From Octopus sinensis (lineage: Eukaryota), in assembly GCF_006345805.1 (NCBI RefSeq), contig NW_021826323.1, forward strand, positions 1-13,132: 13,132 nucleotides of DNA, read 5' to 3'. A model generated the notes under the pieces. That model worked only from the letters and a program-made list of their open reading frames with translations, searched no databases and had not been told where the DNA came from. The translations under genes and the position numbers were made by a program. The stretch's first letter is position 1. Every line of letters starts with the position of its first letter. Positions 1-7,956 of this stretch are shown here, piece after piece.

Positions 1-82
1 GAAGCAACTACATGTAGTTGACTGAACTTGGAACCATGTAGCTGGGAAGCAAGCTTCTTACCACCAAGCCACGCCAGCGTCT
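1..82 (-). mobile_element. SINE family A, diverged 5' head fragment
   Basis: Reverse complement reads GGCGTGGCTTGGTGGTAAGAAGCTTGCTTCCCAGCTACATGGTTCCAAGTTCAGTC, matching the heads of the family A copies at 3703 and 9324. Confidence 0.75.
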
Positions 83-90
83 ACGTCATA

Positions 91-295
91 CTCTTTACTC
101 TTTTACTTGTTTCAGCCATTTGACTGCGGCCATGCTGGAGCACCGCCTTTAGTCGAGCAAACCGACCCCAGGAATCATTCTTTGTAAGCCTAGTACTTAT
201 TCTATCGGTCTCTTTAAGCCGAACTGCTAAGTTACGGGGACATAAACACACCAGCATCGGTTGTCAAGTGATGTTGTGGGGGACAAACACAAACT

Positions 296-329
<34 letters not shown>

Positions 330-492
330 CGACAGGCTTCTTTCAGTTTCCGTCTACCAAATCCACTCACAAGGCTTTGGTCGGCCCGAGGCTATAGTAG
401 AAGACACTAGCCCAAGGTGCCACGCAGTAGGACTGAACCCGGAACCATGCGGTTGGTTAGCAAGCTACTTACCACACAACCACTCCTGCGTC
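91..492 (-). mobile_element. SINE family A, full length (tRNA-derived, CORE-like; possibly the octopus OR-type family)
   Basis: tRNA-like head with A-box-like TGGTTGTGTGG and B-box-like GGTTCAGTCC. CCTTGGGC(A/T)AGT CORE-like motif, central (TA)n(TG)n, 3' GGGGTCG..TCGAC hairpin and AGTAAAAG tail. Colinear with 3703-4088. Family name is from recall, not a search. Confidence 0.9.
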
Positions 493-795
493 ATCACTAC
501 TTTTTTTTTTCTCTCTCTTAAAGATTTCTGTCCCTCAAGCTTTTTCAAACATGCTTCACAATATCCACTTCTTCCATTTTTTTTTCCATGTCTTCTGTTT
601 TCTCCCTCCATCCACGTGGCAGCAACTCTTGTTAAATAAAATGCGGCGTAGGAAGTAAGGCACAGACAGTGGATGTTTCATAACGGTAGTGGGCATACCT
701 TTCTATATATATATATTTTTTACATTTAAGGCCAAGCTGTAAAATGTATAAAGTGTTATCATTGTTGTTTAACCTCCTGGTCACTCTGGGCTGAG

Positions 796-1016
796 CAGAC
801 CTACAATTAAAAACATTCCGGACGCAATTAACCCACCCTTCTTTCTTGAGGGCATTGTATATCTGGGACTATAGAGATACGATTCACATTCGGTTGTTGT
901 TTCTGGCAAACCTATAATTAAAGGCATTCCAGACATAATTAACTCACTCTCTTTCTCGCGGTCATTGTGTTATTTGGACTATATTGACACGATTCAAATT
1001 TGGCTGTCGTTTCTGT
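796..1016. repeat. Diverged tandem duplication, period ~111 bp
   Basis: 796 cagacctacaattaaaaacattccggac...cggttgttgtttctgg versus 907 caaacctataattaaaggcattccagac...tggctgtcgtttctg. Confidence 0.85.
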
Positions 1017-1106
1017 TAGGTCAAGAAGCCATTTAGAAGTTTTGAAGTTCTCCCTCACTGGGTCGTTTAATGTATAAATGTATTAACAAGTCGGTTAAGA
1101 ATGTAG

Positions 1107-1249
1107 TGGGGGGGGGGGAATGGAGGACAGCTGAGACGGGAAACTTAGCTTGAATAGGAGACATGGAGGGAAGGGAAGGAGAGTGTAAAGCGAAGAGTGA
1201 AAGGGAGAGAAAAGGAGAGAAGGAGAAGGAGCGAGGAAGGAAAGACAGA

Positions 1250-1291
<42 letters not shown>

Positions 1292-1295
1292 AATA
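1107..1295. repeat. G-tract plus GA-rich low-complexity sequence ending in (GATA)n(GA)n
   Basis: Directly visible: poly-G near 1107-1118 and (AG)n near 1264-1290. Confidence 0.9.
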
Positions 1296-1389
1296 GAGCG
1301 CTAGAAATTTAACAGTTTGCCGGGTCACACTGATAAGAGAATAATTTTAAGATGAAGGACGGAGCAGAAGAATTTGATATGTAAAGTTT

Positions 1390-1562
1390 GTGTACACACA
1401 CACCGACACACACATATACACACACCGACACACACACACACACACACACACATGCACATACTTTTCGCATTTCCTTATTCACATGAATTAAATTCAGATA
1501 GATACACACTCTCTCGGCGTTAACACACACTTGTACACACACACGCACAAACACACACACAC
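1390..1562. repeat. Interrupted (AC)n microsatellites
   Basis: Directly visible CA runs. Confidence 0.9.
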
Positions 1563-1587
1563 TTGTACGCGATTCTTTATGTCAGCC

Positions 1588-1926
1588 TCTAACCGTTTGA
1601 CATTTTGTGTCGGTTTGTTTACATCCCCGAAACATAGTACAATAAGTTGTGGACCTCAAAAGAGGTAACGGGGTCGGTTTGATCCCAACAGCATTAAAAA
1701 AAAAAAAGAAACCGTTAAATTTTATATGTATGTATAATTGTGTTTGTCCCCGCCCCCATCACCGCTTCACAACTAGTGTTGGTGTGATTACGTCCCCGTA
1801 ACTTAACAGTTCAGCATACGACAAAGAATAAGTCCTGGGTTTGATTTGTTCGACTACATCCATTTAAAGCAGTGCTCCATCATGACCGCGGTCAAATGAT
1901 AAACAAATAAAAGTATACAAGTATAA
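1588..1926 (+). mobile_element. Two diverged SINE family A-related 3' halves (~1588-1700 and ~1723-1926)
   Basis: tttacatccccg...aataagt...ggggtcggtttg, and tttgtcccc...tacgtccccgtaactta...aagaataagtcctggg...ttcgact...gtgctcc..catgaccgcggtcaaatga, both matching the 3' half of 3703-4088. Confidence 0.7.
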
Positions 1927-1928
1927 TA

Positions 1929-2060
1929 GGTGCAGGCACAGCTGGGTGGTAAGAAGCTCGTTTCTTCTATCAAGTGTCTTCTATCATAGTCTCGGGTCGA
2001 CCAAAATTTGGGATTTGGTAGACGGGGGATGAAAGAAGCACGTCGTATATATATATATAT
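1929..2060 (+). mobile_element. SINE family A 5' half with internal deletion, ending at its (TA)n
   Basis: ggtgcaggcacagctgggtggtaagaagct...caagtgtcttcta...gatttggtagacgg...gaaagaagcacgtcgtatata. Confidence 0.75.
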
Positions 2061-2244
2061 TTTTCGTAATGATATAAAAAAATCAAGGGTGTGTAGATTT
2101 TAGAACGTTTATAGATAGAAGGCCTTACAGCTGTTTCCAGGGTATTTATTATATCCCTTCATCGGAGACGGTGTGAGGGGGTGCTTAAGAAATAGTTAAT
2201 TTAGATAAGATATAAACTAGAGAGTGAGGTGGAGGAAATAAAAG
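2061..2244 (-). mobile_element. Hammerhead-bearing repeat, copy 1 (Penelope pLTR or retrozyme-like)
   Basis: Direct repeat of 2860-3041 (roughly 80% identical by eye) containing the hammerhead motif. Element class is inferred from the known link between minimal type I hammerheads and Penelope-like elements or retrozymes. Confidence 0.6.
2122..2169 (-). ncRNA. Minimal type I hammerhead ribozyme motif (variant core), copy 1
   Basis: Minus strand: GUCU-CCGAUGA-AGGG[AUAUAAUAAAUA]CCCU-G-GAAA-C[AGCU]G-UA|AGGC. Stems I, II and III are in type I order, with a GUA triplet. Predicted cleavage falls between 2126 and 2125. Confidence 0.7.
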
Positions 2245-2344
2245 AAAATACACGTGAGATATGTAAGGATATTGCATTTGTAGATCCATTTTTTAGGCAG
2301 AATGGTATACATGTAAGATTCCAATACCTTATGAGTAAAATCAT

Positions 2345-2390
2345 ATGTGTGTGTGTGTGTGTGTGTGTGTGTTGTGTGTGTGTGTGTGTT
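2345..2390. repeat. (TG)n microsatellite
   Basis: Directly visible. Confidence 0.95.
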
Positions 2391-2473
2391 TAGTAACAAA
2401 CTGCATGTAACGACAAAACAGAGAAACTTCCATATTTATTGAATGATACCGGCTATGGAGACTTACATTCAAG

Positions 2474-2605
2474 ACTTTAGGTTTCTGTATCAACGATACG
2501 ATAATCGTCGTACATGCATGATTTTTTTTTCGTATTTGTAATTCGGCTTACGAAACCTGAAGAAATACAACGATTATCGTATTATTTAATACTGAAACTT
2601 TAAGT
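2474..2605. mobile_element. Small MITE-like element with ~40-bp imperfect TIRs and flanking direct repeat
   Basis: Left arm ACTTTAGGTTTCTGTATCAACGATACGATAATCGTCGTA versus reverse complement of right arm ACTTAAAGTTTCAGTATTAAATAATACGATAATCGTTGTA. CATTCAAG occurs at 2466-2473 and 2606-2613. Confidence 0.75.
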
Positions 2606-2633
2606 CATTCAAGATTATATATATATAAATAAA

Positions 2634-2763
2634 TATAGGTTATGAGAGGTAATGGTGTCATTGAGAGCCAAATGTGACAGGTAATGCTGAATATAAATAT
2701 ATATATAGGTTACGAGAGGTAATAGTGTCATTGTGAGCCAAATGTGTCAGGTAATGCTGAATA
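2634..2763. repeat. Tandem duplication, period 70 bp
   Basis: tataggtta(t/c)gagaggtaat(g/a)gtgtcattg(a/t)gagccaaatgtg(a/t)caggtaatgctgaata at 2634 and 2704. Confidence 0.95.
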
Positions 2764-2859
2764 AGTGCTATAGATAGACCATAGTTAAGTTTCAGGTTCG
2801 GTGATTATGCGAATAAGGGGTTCAACGTTGGTCATATGTCAGCGTGTGTATATGAAATT

Positions 2860-3041
2860 TTTTCGTAACAAGATAAAAAAAACCCAAGGCTGTGTAGATT
2901 TCAGAACATTTATAGACAGAAGGTCTTACAGCTATTTCCAGGATATTTATTAATTATATCCCTTCATCGGAGACGGTGTGAGAGGATGGTTAAATAATAA
3001 TTTAGATAAGATACAAAATAGAGAGGTGGAGGAAAGAAAAG
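2860..3041 (-). mobile_element. Hammerhead-bearing repeat, copy 2
   Basis: Direct repeat of 2061-2244. It abuts the family B SINE at ~3041. Confidence 0.6.
2923..2974 (-). ncRNA. Minimal type I hammerhead ribozyme motif (variant core), copy 2
   Basis: Minus strand: GUCU-CCGAUGA-AGGGAUAU[AAUUAAUAA]AUAUCCU-G-GAAA-U[AGCU]G-UA|AGAC. Stem I GUCU/AGAC is perfect. Predicted cleavage falls between 2927 and 2926. Confidence 0.7.
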
Positions 3042-3241
3042 GTAGTGGGATGGCAGAATTTTTAGCACGCAGGGCAAAATGCTTAGCGGCATTTCGTCCG
3101 TCTTTACGTTCTGGGTTTAAATTCTGACGCGGTCAACTTCAGCCTTTCGAAATCGATAAAATTGTACCAGGTGAACCCTGGAGTCTGTGTAATTGACTCC
3201 ACCCCCCAAATTACTGGCCTTGTGCCAAAATTTGTAACCAA
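3041..3241 (+). mobile_element. SINE family B, diverged subfamily copy
   Basis: tggcagaatttttagcacgcagggcaaaatgcttagcggcatttcgtc...gttctgggtttaaatt matches the head of 8841-9069. The 3' tail is different (ccccccaaattactggccttgtgccaaaattt). Confidence 0.8.
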
Positions 3242-3702
3242 CATATATATTCACAAGAAAAGTATTCAGCGTTTCAATGTTAAATCGATTTGACAAAAGA
3301 ATAAGGCCACTATGTTAAATAATTTGAAAAGGGCGTTGGTATATATATATGTAAAAAAAAAAGTCTGAATAGATTCACAATAGAAGTGACAACAATAAGT
3401 TGATTTTTGTCTGAAATTCCGCAAATTCATGGGAAAGGATGTACATTTTAAAGCCTTGCATAGCTGGTTCAGTCCTACTTCCTCTTCACACTAACGCTCT
3501 GTTCTCAATCATTTTGTCATTTTTTTTTTAGGTCTTTTGTCTGCATATCTTATATCTGTTCTTTCATAGATAAGCTTGAAGTTAGATATGGTTCGACCCG
3601 ACTCTCTCGCTCTCTCTCTTTTCTCATTGTCTGTTTATCTGTCTGTCTGTCTATATGTACGAATGTCATTATTCAGTTTCATTTCAAAATTTCTTGTCAA
3701 TA

Positions 3703-4088
3703 GGCGTAGGTGTGGCTGTGTGGTAAGTAGCTTGCTTACGAACCACATGGTTCCGGGTTCAGTCCCACTGCGTGGCACCTTGGGCAAGTGTCTTCTACTA
3801 TAGCCTCGGGCCGACCAAAGCCTTGTGAGTGGATTTGGTAGACGGAAACTCAAACAAGCCCGTCATATATATATAAATATATGTGTGTGTGTGTGTGTGT
3901 TTGTCCCCCCAACATCGCTTGACAACCGATGCTGGTGTGTTTACGTCCCCGTAACATAGCGGTTCGGCAAAAGTGACAGATAGAATAAGTACAAAGAATA
4001 AGTCCTGGGGTCGATTTGCTCGACTAAAGGCGGTGCTCCAGCATGGCCACAGTCAAATGACTGAAACAAGCAAAAGAGTAAAGAGTAA
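3703..4088 (+). mobile_element. SINE family A, full length
   Basis: GGCGTAGGTGTGGCTGTGTGG head, GGTTCAGTCCC B-box-like motif, CCTTGGGCAAGT, central (TA)(TG), GTCGA-TTTGC-TCGAC hairpin at 4010-4024, AAGAGTA tail. Confidence 0.92.
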
Positions 4089-4137
4089 GAAAGGAGCCAA
4101 GGCTCCTTCATAGGAATTTCAACATCAACAGGCTATG

Positions 4138-4200
4138 TATGCATATATGTATGCATGTATGTATGTATGTATGTAGTATGTATGTATGTATGCGTATGCA
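4138..4200. repeat. (TATG)n microsatellite
   Basis: Directly visible. Confidence 0.9.
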
Positions 4201-4629
4201 CACGCACAACCACGCTGATGCGAGCGCCTGTACGTTCGTCATAACACCTTGTCTAACTCTGCTTCTCAAGAACCTAAGTTGTTATCTTTCGTTCCTGTCC
4301 ATGCTTCTTCATCTTGAAGGCAGACATTTTTGGTTTCTATCGACCTTCAAAGAAACAACAACCCAAACAATTAAACCCCAATTCACATATAGACACATCA
4401 GGCCACAACATCTTCAACACAATTACTGCCTCCTCCTTCTCCTCCTCTTCCATCACCAATCCCGCCGCCTTCCCGCCTTTTCACTGTTATCAGATGTTTT
4501 CCTCCACAAATATAAAAACAAACAAGAACAAACTGCGGTACCTACGGTCCAACCCACGCAACTTACCTATCCACCCTTCTACCTTTCTGTCTCTCACCCG
4601 CCGTACGTACGAACCCTTACCTACTAACG

Positions 4630-5135
4630 ATCCCTATCTATCTACCTATCAATCTACATCTATCTATCTATCTATCTATCTATCTGTCTCTTCTCTCTCT
4701 CTCTCTATCTGTCTCTTCTCTCTCTCTCTATCTATCTGTCTCTTCTCTCTCTCTATCTGTCTCTTCTCTCTCTCTCTATCTGTCTCTTCTCTCTCTATCT
4801 ATCTGTCTCTTCTCTCTCTCTCTATCTGTCTCTTCTCTCTCTATCTATCTATCTATCTATCTATCTACCTAACTCTTATCTGTCTGTCTGTCTGTCTGTT
4901 TGTCTGTCCCTGTCTCTATCTCTCTCTGTCTCTCTCTCTATCTATCTACCTAAACTCTTGTCTACCTATCTATCTTCCTACTTACCCACTCACCCACCTA
5001 CCTACCTACCTCCCTATCAACCAGGCCTTCGACCTAACTCTTTCTGTACCTCCCCACCCATCTGAAACCCACCTACCTATCTACCTACCTCCCTACCCAT
5101 TTACCCACTTTTACGAGTGCACCACCAACCAACCT
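4630..5135. repeat. Compound pyrimidine-rich simple repeat: (TCTA)n, TATCTGTCTCTT(CT)n units, (TCTG)n, degenerate (CCTA)n
   Basis: Directly visible. Accounts for most of the 292-aa spurious ORF. Confidence 0.9.
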
Positions 5136-5527
5136 AGCAGAAAGAAATCTTCTACTGAAATGTCTTCAGCGAGGGATCTAATTTCAAAGTAGCATCGAAT
5201 ATGATAGGCAGTTCGTGATAATGCGGCGGTGGATGTTTAATGAAGGTCTTTATAAGACAATAGGAACCACACCTCATTCACCGTAGACCTAAACAATTAT
5301 TGCGAGTCCTTTTATCTTATTAAGCTTGTTATATATATATGTAACAAAAAAATCTCCAACAATCTTTGTATCAGATTTCATCCCATTTATTTTTACACTA
5401 ACCATGAAAAGTTCTCGCCCACTTCGTCGTAGAATTATATTATTAACCTTCACAAAAGTTGAAAGCCATGTGGTGGTTTGGAATGTTTAGAAATAGCAGG
5501 AAAAAAAAGAAGGAAGGATGAAGGATA

Positions 5528-5793
5528 CAGGCGGAGAGATATTCAAGTAGGTTTAAGAAGCTCATTTCCAACCACGTGGTTTTGGGTTCAGTCCCACTGC
5601 GCGATATTTTGAGCCAATGTCTTCTATTATAGACCCGGGCCGATTGATGCCTGGTCAGTGAATATGGGACATGGGAAGTGTGTGGCGCAACGATGGGACA
5701 GTTAGAATAGAAATAACAGCCTATTTCCCCCGTAAATTGGTGTTCTTGCATGACCGCAGTCAAATGACTGAAACAAGTAAAAGAAGGTAAGAG
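5528..5793 (+). mobile_element. Diverged SINE family A-related copy with atypical middle
   Basis: aagaagctcatttccaaccacgtggttttgggttcagtcccactgcg head, and catgaccgcagtcaaatgactgaaacaagtaaaag tail. Confidence 0.75.
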
Positions 5794-6015
5794 AATTAAT
5801 GTCTGATCAGGAAAGAAGGACACACATGATAATGTAGTCCTAGATGCACTATGACTGAATAAAAACAAAACAGAATGGTCGTGGTTGGAACATCTGAAAT
5901 CGTAAGTGTGCTGCATTAAGACTGTTCTGGGCTAATTAAAAGAAATTTAATTAATAAGCATGAAAACTGAAAAAATTAAACATCTTATTGAATCTGATAA
6001 TATTTTTATAAGAAA

Positions 6016-6401
6016 CTAGCAGTATCACCCGGCGTTGCTCAGGTTTGTAAGGGAAATAACTATAAAGCATTTTTAGAGAGTTATAGCCAAAAAATAGCAA
6101 AAAAATGGGGGAAAAAATGATGGTAAATTTTTCTTTTAGTTAAAAAAGGTGGAGTTGCGTCCCCTAGACAGTTTGCGGTTTGTGTTTCTGATTCTCGACC
6201 GTATGAAGAATTTATCGATTTTTTTTCAGAACTGGGGGAACTTTTCAAAATTTTCGCTGCGTTAGTTTTGAATTATGACATTGGGCTATGTGTGTGTCAA
6301 GTTTCATCAGAATCGGTTGAAAGCCGTGGTCAGGGTGAGGGTACAAGAAAACAGACACACAGAAACACGCACAGACAAACTGCCGTTTATATAGAGAGAG
6401 A
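6016..6401 (-). mobile_element. Non-autonomous Helitron
   Basis: On the minus strand it starts TC (6401-6400) after an A and ends CTAG (6019-6016) before a T. A GC-rich imperfect hairpin (plus-strand ACCCGGC-GTT-GCTCAGGT, 6027-6044) lies ~11 nt from the CTAG end. There is an internal ACAG/AC microsatellite near the 5' end. These are canonical Helitron termini. Confidence 0.8.
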
Positions 6402-6561
6402 TCATACCATGCTTATTGAGGGGGCCCAAACGTCAACAATGCATTGAAGTACTGAATCAAAAGGATCTAAACCCTTTTAATCCAATCTCTTGTCGCCACA
6501 TAAATTCAAATTTTTAGTGGGGAAATTTTTAATGGTAATTTTTAAATGTGGGTGAGATAAC

Positions 6562-7037
6562 CGAAAAGTACCCTTAATTCATCGACCCTGAAAGGATAAA
6601 ATGGCATGTCGATCTCGGCGGAATTTGAACTCAGAACGTAATGACAGACGAAATACCTATTTCTTTACTACCCACAAGGGGCTACACACAGAGGGGACAA
6701 ACAAGGGCAGACAAACGACCCCAATGCGTATCTGGTACTTATTTAATCGACCCCGAAAGGATGAAAGGCAAAGTCGACCTCGGCGGAATTTGAACTCAGA
6801 ACGTAGCGACAGACGAAATACCTATTTCTTTATTGCCCACAAGGGGCTAAATACAGAAGGGACAAACAAGGACAGACAAACGGATTAAGTCGATTAGATC
6901 GACCCCAGTGCGTAACTGGTACTTATTTAATCGACTCTGAAAGGATGAAAGGCGGAATTTGAACTCAGAACGTTGCGACAGACGAAATACTGCTAAGCAT
7001 TTTGCCCGATGTGCTAACGATTCTGCCAGCACGCACC
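6562..7037 (-). mobile_element. SINE family B: one head followed by tandem head-less body units
   Basis: Head at 7037-6991. Body unit 1 is 6990-6822, unit 2 is 6821-6657, and a partial unit 3 runs 6656 to ~6562. Both junctions read GAAATAG|GTATTTCGTCTG on the minus strand. Confidence 0.88.
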
Positions 7038-7384
7038 CTATAATATAAAATATTATATTATATGAGTGCGTAAGATATGCGTGCTGTGCATATATATGTG
7101 ATGTCATATATAAATTGGTACATGCATGCGTGTATATATTTATGCACTTACGCACTTACATGTATCTGTGCGTACCTACATATATGCGTGTGTTTCAAAC
7201 AAGAGTCTATGTGGATGTACTAGTGTATGTGTGAATGAATGAGTGTGTGGGTGTAAGAGAGAATACGTGTGTGTGCATTAGTATGTATGTGTGTGTGCGT
7301 GTGAATTAAATAGAGAAGTGAATGTTACAAGGATTTGAGAATTTTATTTCAAGTTCTCATTCGAGGTGTGCCTTTTATAGGTCA

Positions 7385-7565
7385 ACAGTAACAAAAACAA
7401 GGACAACGATAATAACAACAAAAGCGACGTCGACCTCGACAAGAAGAAGAAGAAGAACAACATCAAAAACAGCAATAGCAATTGTAACAACAACAACAAC
7501 AACGATGGTAGTAACAATAATAACAGCAATAGAAACAACAAAGGCAAGAACAACAACAATAATAG
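7385..7565. repeat. Degenerate (ACA/ATA/AGA)n trinucleotide low-complexity tract
   Basis: Directly visible. Source of the poly-Thr, poly-Leu and poly-Val ORFs. Confidence 0.9.
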
Positions 7566-7638
7566 CCAACCAAGCTCACTTGCAAGAAATGATAGCCAAT
7601 CATTCCTAAAATTATACAACGTCATTTCAAAAATAAAG

Positions 7639-7714
7639 GTGGTAAGTAGCTTGCCTACCAACCACATGGTTCTGGGTTCAGTACCACTGCGTGGCACCTT
7701 GGGCAAGTGTCTTC
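7639..7714 (+). mobile_element. SINE family A head/CORE fragment
   Basis: gtggtaagtagcttgcctaccaaccacatggttctgggttcagtaccactgcgtggcaccttgggcaagtgtcttc. Confidence 0.9.
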
Positions 7715-7956
7715 CACCTTTCTATTAGAATAAACTGGCTTTCACTTAATTTTCAAAATAATCAAAAGGTTTGAAAGGATTCAGTGAACTGAGGATATCT
7801 AACGTGTCCTTCTCCGAGGCCCCTTTAATTCCCCCTCTCTCTTCGTGGATAGCATGTACCCTGATAGGGAAAACAACACAATCTGAATACTTGTAGCAAA
7901 AGAAAAAAAAAGTAGACTTCGTTACAGATCCCTTAAGGGCCAGGTAGTGATGATGT

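Noticed and set aside
2557-2606. Plus-strand CTGAAGA...GAAAC-TTTAA-GTC hammerhead-like string
   Set aside because: No stem I can form, stem II is not adjacent to GAAA, and the pairing is explained by the MITE arm.
4314-5192. 292-aa ORF (and the overlapping 162-aa ORF 4139-4627)
   Set aside because: Most of it translates the (TCTA)/(CT)/(CCTA) repeats (SLSLSICLF...). There is no recognisable domain, and it is open only because the pyrimidine-rich repeat lacks stops.
6562-7037. CRISPR-like or satellite interpretation of the repeated blocks
   Set aside because: The units are whole SINE bodies with no unique spacers, and the context is eukaryotic.
7322-7706. Poly-Thr, poly-Leu and poly-Val ORFs; also poly-Lys/Ser at 10520-10817
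   Set aside because: Products of trinucleotide repeats.
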